Shown: in pieces, positions 42,512 to 50,922 of the stretch | How the letters are laid out: each line of letters begins with the position of its first letter | Numbering within the stretch: the first letter of the stretch is position 1 | Assembly (NCBI GenBank): GCA_050735975.1 | Contig: JBOHVS010000019.1 | Span: forward strand, 7,487 to 71,486 | Reading direction: 5' to 3' | DNA length: 64,000 nucleotides | Source of the DNA: Candidatus Binatia bacterium | GTDB lineage: Bacteria > Desulfobacterota > Binatia > UBA9968 | The notes under the pieces: model-generated | Told to the model about the DNA's origin: nothing | Database searches by the model: none | Seen by the model: only the letters and a program-made list of their open reading frames with translations | Position numbers and translations under genes: made by a program

Positions 42512-45048
42512 TGATCTCGTTGTTCAAAAGATGGGTTTGGTTGATGGCGCTGCGGGACGCCCGGCGCGGCCTCAAGACCATGCTCCTATCCATGTCCTGC
42601 GTTGTCTTGGGAGTCTCAGCCGTTGTCGCGTCTTACTCGTTTCGGGATAACCTGCAGTCGAGCGTCCGCGCCCAATCGAAAGGCTTGCTCGGCGCCGATC
42701 TGGCCATAGCCAGCCGGGAGCCGTTCTCAAACGAAGCCGAAGCTCTCATCGCCTCAATCGGCGGCAACCAGTCCCGGCAGATCGGCTTTTCCTCGATGGC
42801 GTATTTTCCCAAAACCGGCAACTCGCGACTTGTACAGGTGCGAGCTATTGGGGTAAATTTTCCTTACTATGGCGCATTGGAAACCGATCCGCCCGCCGCG
42901 ATCAACACATTTCACGGCGGCCTCAATGCTTTGGTTGATGAAACCCTGATGTTGCAGTTCGACGCGCGCATCGGCGATCGTCTCAAAGTCGGCGATCAGG
43001 AGTTTCGCATAGCCGGGAAACTTCGTAAGATCCCCGGTGAAACGCTGGCTTTTTCGCTGCTAAGCCCGCGGGTCTACGTCCCCATCGCGCAGCTGGACCA
43101 AGCAGTTCTCAATCAAAAGGGCGGCCGGGTTCGATACCGCGCCTATTTCAAGTTGGATTCGCGCGTCGATGTCGACGGACTCGTTGCCCGTATTTCGCCC
43201 GAGCTCGCGCGTCTCCGCTTGCGGGCCGACACCGTGGCGCGCCGAATGAACGCCGTCTCCCGCTCGATGGAGAATCTTTCCCGTTATCTGCGCTTGGCGG
43301 TTTTTACCGCGGTCTTGCTCGCGGGTGTGGGAGTCGGCAGCGGCACCCACGTCTACGCTAAACAGAAAACCTTCTCGGTGGCGACGCTCCGCTGCCTCGG
43401 TGCCCGTCCGAGGGAAACAGTTTTCATCTATGTTATTCAAGCTCTGCTGATCGCGCTCGCCGGATCCGTGTTGGGGGCCGCGCTCGGTACCGTGATACAG
43501 GCGTCGCTGCCGATTGCCCTCAAGGACTTCCTGCCGGTGAGTTCAGTTGCTCCATTTTCGATGAAGGGAGTTTTTGCGGGGATTTCCATTGGTCTTGGCA
43601 CGAGCCTTCTCTTCGCCTTGATTCCATTAGTCTCGCTGAGAAGGATCTCGCCGCTGGTTGCGCTCCGATCTTCGTACGAACCGGATGAACGTCTTAAAGA
43701 TCCGTTCCACTGGTTGATTTTCCTCTCGATTGTCGCGGCCATATTCGCGTTTGCTTTGGCCACTACCGAGAATTGGGTTCACGCGCTGTGGTTTACAGGC
43801 GGAGTGTTGACAGCGTTTGGATCTATCGCGCTGGTTGCGAGAGGGATATCAATATTGATGAAAAAACTCATTCCCGGGTTTTTGCCGTTTGCATGGCGTC
43901 AAGGCTTGGCGAATCTTTATCGCCCCAACAACCAAACCATGGCAGTCATGCTAGCGATCGGACTCGGAACGTTCTTGATGGTCACGCTTTTCAGCGTTCA
44001 CAGTATGTTGGTAAACCAGGTTGTGGAACGGAGCGGTAAGGGCGAACCCAATCTCGTGCTCTTTGATGTGCAAAAAGACCAAAGAGAGGCAATCGCGAAT
44101 CTCTTCAGCTCCTTCAGTGTCAGCGCTTACGAAGAAGTGCCCATCGTTACCTTGCGTCTGGCCGCCGTCAAAAACCGACGGGTGGAAGAGATCCGCGCGG
44201 ACGCCAATCCGCCAATCCCCGGATGGGCGCTGCGCCGTGAATACCGATCCACCTACCGCAGCCGCCTCGCGAGCACCGAGCAGATTATCATGGGGGAATG
44301 GCAGGGTAGAGTGGCTGCCGGCGCGCAACCGATCCCGGTGTCGCTCGAGAGGAGCATCGCCGAAACGCTGAAAGTGTCCATCGGGGACCCATTGCAATTC
44401 GAGCTGCAGGGGGTTCCATTGATAACCGAGGTTGCCAGTGTCCGCGAGGTGGATTGGCAACGGGTTCAACCCAACTTCTTCGTGGTTTTTCCCGAAGGCG
44501 TACTTGAGAGCGCGCCGCAATTCTTCGCGATCGCCACCCGCGCGGAGCCTCCTCAGGTCTCCGCCAGCCTTCAGCGCGCGGTCGTCGAACGTTTTCCGAA
44601 CGTTTCGATGATAGATTTGACGCTCGTCCTTAACACGCTGGACTCCATTCTGGACAGAGTATCGGCCGCTCTTCATTTTATAGCCCTGTTTGTTATTATT
44701 ACCGGCGTTGCGGTTCTCTTCAGCGCCGTACTGAGCAGCCGGCCGCAGCGTCTCAAGGAAAGTATCTTGATGAGGACGCTCGGCGCCCCGCGATTGGGGA
44801 TTATTGACGCGATCGTTGCCGAGTATCTCTTGTTGGGCCTGATTTCGTGTGTGACGGGCGCGCTGCTCGCAACCGTGGCCAGTTGGGGGCTGAGCTACTA
44901 TTTTCTCAGCGCCGTTCCGAGAATCTCATGGACCCCGGTCGTGGCGATTGTTGTTATGGTCACCGGAGGGACGGTTCTGGCGGGCCTGGCGGGTTGCTGG
45001 GGAATTTTTCGCCGCCCGGCGCTCGAGGCGCTGCGCGCGGAAACATAG
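42511..45048 (+). CDS. ybbP: FtsX-family ABC transporter permease, duplicated (YbbP-like)
   Basis: 845 aa. Two repeats of TM + large periplasmic domain + 3-TM FtsX bundle. Start overlaps the ybbA stop (ATGA). Confidence 0.85.
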   Translation: MISLFKRWVWLMALRDARRGLKTMLLSMSCVVLGVSAVVASYSFRDNLQSSVRAQSKGLLGADLAIASREPFSNEAEALIASIGGNQSRQIGFSSMAYFPKTGNSRLVQVRAIGVNFPYYGALETDPPAAINTFHGGLNALVDETLMLQFDARIGDRLKVGDQEFRIAGKLRKIPGETLAFSLLSPRVYVPIAQLDQAVLNQKGGRVRYRAYFKLDSRVDVDGLVARISPELARLRLRADTVARRMNAVSRSMENLSRYLRLAVFTAVLLAGVGVGSGTHVYAKQKTFSVATLRCLGARPRETVFIYVIQALLIALAGSVLGAALGTVIQASLPIALKDFLPVSSVAPFSMKGVFAGISIGLGTSLLFALIPLVSLRRISPLVALRSSYEPDERLKDPFHWLIFLSIVAAIFAFALATTENWVHALWFTGGVLTAFGSIALVARGISILMKKLIPGFLPFAWRQGLANLYRPNNQTMAVMLAIGLGTFLMVTLFSVHSMLVNQVVERSGKGEPNLVLFDVQKDQREAIANLFSSFSVSAYEEVPIVTLRLAAVKNRRVEEIRADANPPIPGWALRREYRSTYRSRLASTEQIIMGEWQGRVAAGAQPIPVSLERSIAETLKVSIGDPLQFELQGVPLITEVASVREVDWQRVQPNFFVVFPEGVLESAPQFFAIATRAEPPQVSASLQRAVVERFPNVSMIDLTLVLNTLDSILDRVSAALHFIALFVIITGVAVLFSAVLSSRPQRLKESILMRTLGAPRLGIIDAIVAEYLLLGLISCVTGALLATVASWGLSYYFLSAVPRISWTPVVAIVVMVTGGTVLAGLAGCWGIFRRPALEALRAET

Positions 45049-45231
45049 AACGTGACGCGGTTTCAAACCGGGCCTGCGGCACGAAAACGGTCCGCTATTC
45101 ATAATGATATAAAGGAGGAGCCGACAGTTTTCCGAGTCACTTGGCGAGTCACATTTTGTCGCAGTTAATTTAACGACCCTCTTGATTTCTTATTATCGTC
45201 ACATAGGCTAGATGGTAAGGAGGTGACGGTC

Positions 45232-45621
45232 ATGCACGTAGATCTGAAGGGCGCGGTCTTAAAGAATATGACTGAGCTTAAGAAGGCAATTTCCGACAAA
45301 TCTTCTGAAGTGGCGCAGTTAAGGAGAGAACTCGAGCGGCACGAGAGCATACTGGCGTTGTTATCGCAGAGCAACGGTAGAGGAAAAATGAGAACGGTAA
45401 GCGGAAGACGGCGCGGGCGGGGTGATTTGAACGCGGTGCTGAATCGACTTCCGGAGACATTTACAAGCAAAGAGTTTGTCAAAGCGGGGACACAAGCCAA
45501 CAAGACGTCAATCTATTTGCGGCAGGTTCTCTCAAGATGGGCAAGAACTGGAAAGCTTAAAAGACTGCAAAGGGGCAAGTATCAGAAAACCAAAAAAGGC
45601 GTGCAGCGTCTCGCTGCATAA
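45232..45621 (+). CDS. Hypothetical small basic protein: N-terminal coiled coil + Arg-rich linker + C-terminal winged-helix-like domain
   Basis: ATG 45232 lies 9 nt after AAGGAGG. 129 aa. The C-terminus FTSKEFVKAG....IYLRQVLSRWARTGKLKRLQRGKYQK resembles AbiEi-type wHTH N-domains (pattern only). 9 of 16 Arg codons are AGA/AGG, unlike neighbouring genes. Confidence 0.5.
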   Translation: MHVDLKGAVLKNMTELKKAISDKSSEVAQLRRELERHESILALLSQSNGRGKMRTVSGRRRGRGDLNAVLNRLPETFTSKEFVKAGTQANKTSIYLRQVLSRWARTGKLKRLQRGKYQKTKKGVQRLAA

Positions 45622-45627
45622 CTTTTT
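45602..45627 (+). terminator. Candidate intrinsic terminator overlapping the stop codon of the small ORF
   Basis: Stem TGCAGCG / CGCTGCA (7 bp, 3-nt loop), then TAAC and TTTTT. Confidence 0.5.
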
Positions 45628-45700
45628 CTATAGAGCGCTCCAGCGGTGTTCCGACTGCGCTTGAGAATCGAAAATCTCACTTTTTTACGTCTCCGACGAG

Positions 45701-45768
45701 CGGAACTTGGCCCGCAGTAGCGGGCCTGGACTGTGCTGTTACTGCGACCGCACAGGTTCCGTTTTTTT
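45701..45768 (+). ncRNA. Candidate structured RNA / compound terminator: three-way junction followed by a T7 tract
   Basis: P1 CGGAAC (45701-06) pairs with GTTCCG (45756-61). It encloses P2 GGCCCGC-AGTA-GCGGGCC (45709-26) and P3 CTGTGC-13 nt-GCACAG (45731-55), then TTTTTTT (45762-68). Pairings were checked by hand. Confidence 0.35.
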
Positions 45769-45958
45769 CTGAAATAACCTGAATCTTCGTCTTCAAGAAT
45801 CGCCCGATGGTTTCGATTCGTTAGGCGCCCACGGCTGGTTCTTACCGAACGAATCGAACTCACGGGCGGAGCCCGTCACGGTATTCCGCGACTTCTCGTG
45901 CTGCGCCGCTCACAGTTCTTTAAAATATCGCACCGATATGTCATAGAGTGGTGAAGTT

Positions 45959-46984
45959 ATGAACGACAATCGAGTCACTCCGGATCTTTTGGCCAAGGAG
46001 ATTCGGGACTGGCTGCAGGGTTCTCCCGATCCGGTGAACGCCGATTTGATCGCGGAGATGGCGCACACTGTGCTCAAACTGACAGGCGATGAAGCCAATC
46101 GCGGGGACCTGAAAATCCTCAATCGGGCGCTTAAAGAGCTGCGCCATGCCTTTCGAGTATTTGCCCCGTATCGCTCAGTACGAAAAGTGAGCATCTTCGG
46201 CTCGACCAGAGTCACAGAGAGCGATGCCCACTATCAGCTAGCGAAGAGGCTGGGCCAGCGGTTGGTCGAAGAGGGGTTGATGGTTATCACCGGGGCCGGC
46301 CCCGGAATCATGCAGGCGGGTCACGAAGGCGCCGGCAGAGAGAAGAGCTTTGGAGTCAATGTCCGGCTGCCGGCCGCGCAAAATGCGAATCGCTTCATTC
46401 AAGGCGATTCCAAGCTGATGACCTTTCGCTTCTTCTTCACGCGCAAGCTGATTTTCGTCAAGGAAGCGGATGCGTTCGTCTTCTTTCCGGGGGGATTTGG
46501 CACCCATGACGAACTGCTTGAGACGCTCACGTTGGCGCAAACCGGTAAGAGTCAATTGGTCCCCATTGTACTGATGGATCTGCCCGGCAAAGAGTATTGG
46601 AGCGACTGGACGCAGTTTGTGCGGAGGGAGATGCTGGGTCGGGGATACATCTCTGAACAAGAACTGAGTTTCTTCAAGATCATCGATGACGTCGAAGATG
46701 CGGCGCGGGAGATCCAAACGTTTTACCGCAACTATCACTCCTATCGCTTCGTGAAGCAGGATTTGGTCATTCGGCTGAACCATCCACCCACGCAAGGCTT
46801 GATAGATACGTTGAACCAGGACTTTAAACACATTCTGGCCGGAGGCAAAGTCAGGCAAACAGACCCTTTGCCGGAAGAAGCTGAGCCGGCGAACATGCAC
46901 TTGCATCGGTTGCTCCTGCATTTCAACCGGCAGGATTTCGCCTATTTGCGACAGATGATCGATATGATAAACGGAGACAACTGA
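45959..46984 (+). CDS. LOG family (TIGR00730-type) nucleotide phosphoribohydrolase-like protein
   Basis: 341 aa. Motifs VSIFGSTR, VITGAGPGIMQAGHEGA and FFPGGFGTHDELLE (PGGxGTxxE). Has N- and C-terminal extensions like PpnN-type members. Confidence 0.8.
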   Translation: MNDNRVTPDLLAKEIRDWLQGSPDPVNADLIAEMAHTVLKLTGDEANRGDLKILNRALKELRHAFRVFAPYRSVRKVSIFGSTRVTESDAHYQLAKRLGQRLVEEGLMVITGAGPGIMQAGHEGAGREKSFGVNVRLPAAQNANRFIQGDSKLMTFRFFFTRKLIFVKEADAFVFFPGGFGTHDELLETLTLAQTGKSQLVPIVLMDLPGKEYWSDWTQFVRREMLGRGYISEQELSFFKIIDDVEDAAREIQTFYRNYHSYRFVKQDLVIRLNHPPTQGLIDTLNQDFKHILAGGKVRQTDPLPEEAEPANMHLHRLLLHFNRQDFAYLRQMIDMINGDN

Positions 46985-47002
46985 TTCCGAAAGGGGCGGG
47001 CG

Positions 47003-47941
47003 ATGGCTTTCCAGAAAATCGCTATATTGAGCATCGGAGAAATGGGTTACCACTGGGCGCGAATCCTCACGAGCCGCGGCGTCGAAGTGCTTACGTACGT
47101 CAATGATAGAGGCGAGGTCACTCGCAAGCGCGCTGAGAATTCCGGCGCGACAGCGTCGCCATCGATGGCGCGTTTGGTCCGGGACGCCGATCTCCTTGTC
47201 TCGATCGTTGTTCCTTCCGCCGCAACCCGCGTCGCTTCGAAGGTCGCCAAAGCGGTCTCGCAGGCAGGGCGAAAGGATTTGCTTTTTCTCGACGCGAACG
47301 CGATTTCCCCCATGACCGCCGTAAAGATCGGCGGCATCTTGGCGCCCAGCGGGGTGAACTTCATAGACGGATGCATCATCGGGTCGGCCGTCAAAATGGA
47401 TAAGGGGGCTGTGGTTTATGTTTCCGGACCGCAGGCTTCGCGCCTGCAACAGCTCGAAAGCTTCGGTTTCTCGGTAAAAACTTTGGGCCCGAACATAGCG
47501 CAGGCGTCCGCGTTCAAAGTTGTTTATGCGGGGCTCACCAAAGGACTCCAGGGCTTGTTCGCGGAACTCCTCATGGGCGCTAGAAAGTTCGGTCTACTTG
47601 ACGAAATCCTCAAGCGGTATGAGGAAAGTTTCCCGGGATTGCTTGACAAAGTGGCGTCGAGTATCGTTGGATTGCGCATCCACGCGGGGAGACGGGCCGA
47701 GGAGATGGATGAACTGAAGCGGACGTTCAACTATCATGGAATGAAATCTTTCATGGCGCCTGCCGCTCAGAAGGTACTGCAATCAATTGCCGAGTTAAAC
47801 GTCGGCGAGGCCTCGTATAATGGGGCGCGAGATGGAGATCTCCTGCAAACGCTCGAGCTATTCTTTGCAAAAGGCCTGCTCCAGGAGATCCCAAAGGAGA
47901 CAATTAACGGACAGTCGCCCGGAGCGGGAGTGAGCGGCTGA
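47003..47941 (+). CDS. NAD(P)-dependent oxidoreductase (6PGDH-type NAD-binding domain + DUF1932-like C-terminus)
   Basis: 312 aa. N-terminal KIAILSIGEMGYHWARIL dinucleotide fold and a helical C-terminal domain. Family call is moderate. Confidence 0.65.
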   Translation: MAFQKIAILSIGEMGYHWARILTSRGVEVLTYVNDRGEVTRKRAENSGATASPSMARLVRDADLLVSIVVPSAATRVASKVAKAVSQAGRKDLLFLDANAISPMTAVKIGGILAPSGVNFIDGCIIGSAVKMDKGAVVYVSGPQASRLQQLESFGFSVKTLGPNIAQASAFKVVYAGLTKGLQGLFAELLMGARKFGLLDEILKRYEESFPGLLDKVASSIVGLRIHAGRRAEEMDELKRTFNYHGMKSFMAPAAQKVLQSIAELNVGEASYNGARDGDLLQTLELFFAKGLLQEIPKETINGQSPGAGVSG

Positions 47942-47994
47942 TCATTGGGTTTGAAGATCCTTCACCTCGTCAGCGAGCGTGAGAGATAGCCGAC

Positions 47995-48080
47995 CACCCT
48001 TCGACTGGGCTCAGGGCGATCGGCTAAGCAACGGAAGTAACGATAATTTCCCGTTCGTGCTGAGCCTGGTCGAAGCACAT
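47995..48080. repeat. Family D palindromic element, second copy
   Basis: CACCCTTCGACTGGGCTCAGGGCGATCGG ... CCGTTCGTGCTGAGCCTGGTCGAAGCACA aligns with 5783-5870. Accounts for track ORF 47979..48170 (..PFVLSLVEAH..). Confidence 0.8.
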
Positions 48081-48219
48081 TTCGAGACTTTCACAAAGTC
48101 CACGATGACACACGTGGCCGGTGTCATTCTGATGAGCCGGGAGCGAACATTCTACGTTCTAGCGCCTTGAGACCTAAACTCAAAGACAGCAAATCCAAAG
48201 CATAGAGAGGAGAGTCAAA

Positions 48220-50001
48220 GTGGCGAAAGCAGAAAGCAGAGTAGAGAAGAAGCAGCCGCAGTACGGGTCGGATGTCGTGGTGGATCTCATGAAAGCGTTC
48301 GACATCGAATATGCCGCCTTCAATCCCGGCGCGACGTTTCGCGGCATCCACGATTCGATCGTCAACTACGGCGGGAATTACAAGCCCGAAGTTATCTTCT
48401 GCAACCACGAGGAGGTTTCAGTAGCGGTGGCCCATGGGTACGCCAAGGCCAAGGGCAAACCGATGATTGCGATCGTGCACAATATGGTCGGCTTGCAACA
48501 TGCGAGCATGGCGATTTTCAATGCGTATATCGACCGGGTTCCGATCATGGTCCTCGGCGGAACCGGGCCCATGAACACTAAACGCCGTCGCCCGCGAATC
48601 GATTGGATCCACACGGCGCTCGTGCAGGGCAGCCAGGTACGAGATTATGTGAAATGGGACGACCAGCCGTACACGCTGGCTGATGTCCCGGATTCTTTCA
48701 TTCGCGGTTACCGCATCGCCACGACGGAGCCGATGGCTCCCGTCTACATCAACTACGATGCCGATATTCAGGAGGATTCCATTACCTCGCCGATCGAGAT
48801 TCCGAACGTTAGCCGGTATGCGGCGCCGGCGCCGATGCAGGCGAACCCCGAAACGCTCCGGCAAGCGGCTCAACTGCTGGTCAACGCGCAGACCCCGCTG
48901 ATCATCGCGGACACTCTTGGACGAAATCCCAAGACGGTACCCGCGCTGATCGAATTGGCGGAGCTTCTGGCAATCCCCGTTTTGGACAAAGGTGCGCGCT
49001 TTAACTTTCCCACGACTCATCCTTTGGATGTTTCAGATGGAGCCCGGGAGATATTGCGAAAGGCCGATGTGATTTTGACCCTCGACGTGGCCGATCTTTA
49101 TGGCTCGTTGACGACGGTGAGCAAGCAAACCCGGGCCTGCGAGTATGTCACCTCGCCGGGTGTGAAGCTCATCAACATCTCAATGCATGACATGTTGGTG
49201 CACGCTTGGGCAGGCGACTATCAAGCGCTACAAGCGGTGGATCTGCCGATGTGCGCCGACACCTTTATTGCCGTACCGGAGTTGACTCGGCTTTGCCGCG
49301 AACTGCTCGGAAACGACGGTAAGAAGAAGGCGGGCATCGATGCGAGGCAGAAGGAGCTGGGCGAAAAACACAAAAGCCGTCGCGCCAAATGGTTGGCGGA
49401 CGCGCAAGCCAAAGCCACGCAGAAGGAAATCTCAACGGCTTGGCTGGCTGTTGAGCTCGGCGAAGTCATCAAAAAGGAGGATTGGGTGTTAGTGAACGGA
49501 AGTTCAAACGGGTGGGCGCGCCGGTTGTGGGACTTCACGAAGCCCAATCAGTATCTTGGCGCCAGTGGCGGCGCCGGCGTTGGCTACGGCTCCGGCGCCG
49601 CGATTGGCGCGGCGTTGGCGCTCAAAGATACCGGCAAGCTGGCCGTCGATATTCAATCCGACGGCGATCTGTTAATGACCTCCAGCTCACTTTGGACTGC
49701 GGCCAAACATCGCATCCCGTTGCTTATCGTCATGCACAACAACCAGTCTTTTTACAACTCCGAAGAGCACGGGATCGAAGTCGCTAAATTCCGCGCCAGA
49801 CCCGTGGAGAACGCGGGAATTGGAACTCACGTGGACGATCCGGAGGTCGATTATGCCAAGATGGCGCAATCCTTCGGCGTCAATGCCGAGGGACCGGTCC
49901 GGCGTCCTGCCGATCTTAGACCGGCTCTGGAACGCGGACTGAAATTCGTAAAAGAAAAAAAGCTTCCGTACTTGGTCGATGTGATCTCGGAGCCGCGCTA
50001 A
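48220..50001 (+). CDS. Thiamine diphosphate-dependent enzyme (acetolactate synthase/benzoylformate decarboxylase superfamily)
   Basis: 593 aa. N-terminal PYR domain with catalytic Glu (CNHEEVSVAVAHGYA) and C-terminal ThDP motif SDGDL-x24-NN. GTG start preceded by GAGGAGAG. Confidence 0.85.
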   Translation: MAKAESRVEKKQPQYGSDVVVDLMKAFDIEYAAFNPGATFRGIHDSIVNYGGNYKPEVIFCNHEEVSVAVAHGYAKAKGKPMIAIVHNMVGLQHASMAIFNAYIDRVPIMVLGGTGPMNTKRRRPRIDWIHTALVQGSQVRDYVKWDDQPYTLADVPDSFIRGYRIATTEPMAPVYINYDADIQEDSITSPIEIPNVSRYAAPAPMQANPETLRQAAQLLVNAQTPLIIADTLGRNPKTVPALIELAELLAIPVLDKGARFNFPTTHPLDVSDGAREILRKADVILTLDVADLYGSLTTVSKQTRACEYVTSPGVKLINISMHDMLVHAWAGDYQALQAVDLPMCADTFIAVPELTRLCRELLGNDGKKKAGIDARQKELGEKHKSRRAKWLADAQAKATQKEISTAWLAVELGEVIKKEDWVLVNGSSNGWARRLWDFTKPNQYLGASGGAGVGYGSGAAIGAALALKDTGKLAVDIQSDGDLLMTSSSLWTAAKHRIPLLIVMHNNQSFYNSEEHGIEVAKFRARPVENAGIGTHVDDPEVDYAKMAQSFGVNAEGPVRRPADLRPALERGLKFVKEKKLPYLVDVISEPR

Positions 50002-50015
50002 TTCCCGACCATCGC

Positions 50016-50864
50016 ATGGTGGACGATCCGCACGAAGATTTTCGCCGGGCTGTGGACGGCCCCGACGAAGCGATTGATCTCGCCCGCGCCGCGTTGGTCA
50101 TCGCCCGTAGCGATTACCCGGACCTGGATACCGGAGCGTATATTTCACGGCTTGATCACCTGTCTATTCAAGTCTCGCGCCGCTTGGCGATCCCCGCAGC
50201 GCAGAGCGCCCGGAACGTTGATCGTTCTATCGCTGCGCTGAATCACGTTCTCTTTGAAGAGCGCGGATATCAGGGGAACAGAGAGAACTATTTCGATCCC
50301 AAGAACAGCTTCCTGAATCAGGTGATCGAGCTCAAGCGGGGAATCCCCATTACGCTGTCCGTTCTTTATATGGAAATCGCACGGCGGATCGAACTCCCGC
50401 TTCAAGGCGTGGGCTTTCCAGGTCACTTTTTGGTCAAGTACTCCGATGACAAAGAAGAAATCATTATCGATCCTTTCAATCGCGGTGAGATCAGATCTTT
50501 GACGAGCCTTAAGAAACTCTTGCGGCACTTGTACGGGGGAAGGATTGCTTTTCAGCCGGGTCTCCTCGACGCCGTGACCAAAAAGCAGATTCTTAGGAGA
50601 ATGCTCAACAACTTGAAGGCCGCTTATTTGCGAGAGAATGATCTACTGAAAGGCCTTTACGTTTTGCACCGTCTTCTCATCTTAGAGCCGAACTCGGCGG
50701 AGGATCTAAGAGATCGAGGGGCCGTTCACCTGAAACTCGAATGCTTCAATCAGGCCCTGGAGGATTTCGAGACTTATCTACGGTTGTTTTCCGAAGCGGA
50801 GGACGCGCCGCTGATACGCGAGCGTGTGATCGATCTGAAAAAGCAGGTGACGCAGATACACTGA
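50016..50864 (+). CDS. SirB1/YchA-like protein (transglutaminase-like N-domain + TPR)
   Basis: 282 aa. NYFDPKNSFLNQVIELKRGIPITLSVLYMEIARRIELPLQGVGFPGHFLVKY is the UPF0162/SirB1 core; TPR-like C-terminus. Confidence 0.7.
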   Translation: MVDDPHEDFRRAVDGPDEAIDLARAALVIARSDYPDLDTGAYISRLDHLSIQVSRRLAIPAAQSARNVDRSIAALNHVLFEERGYQGNRENYFDPKNSFLNQVIELKRGIPITLSVLYMEIARRIELPLQGVGFPGHFLVKYSDDKEEIIIDPFNRGEIRSLTSLKKLLRHLYGGRIAFQPGLLDAVTKKQILRRMLNNLKAAYLRENDLLKGLYVLHRLLILEPNSAEDLRDRGAVHLKLECFNQALEDFETYLRLFSEAEDAPLIRERVIDLKKQVTQIH

Positions 50865-50894
50865 AGAAAAAGCGAGGCGATTGAGCGCAACGAA

Positions 50895-50918
50895 GCCTAT
50901 GAGTCTTTTTCAGCAGCC
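50895..50918. repeat. Solo family A core (inverted orientation)
   Basis: GCCTATGAGTCTTTTTCAGCAGCC is the reverse complement of GGCTGCTGAAAAAGACTCATAGGC. Lies between convergent gene ends and generates the false ORF 50881..51150 (..MSLFQQPA..). Confidence 0.75.
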
Positions 50919-50922
50919 CGCG

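Noticed and set aside
46238-47449. 403-aa minus-strand ORF overlapping the LOG-family and DUF1932 genes.
   Set aside because: It is antisense to two genes with clear family motifs. Its composition is low-complexity and Arg-rich, with no motifs. Treated as a shadow ORF. The same reasoning rejects 36240..36989, 18375..19247, 21889..22719, 31953..32759, 5849..6547, 43951..44676, 61801..62565 and 28657..29316.
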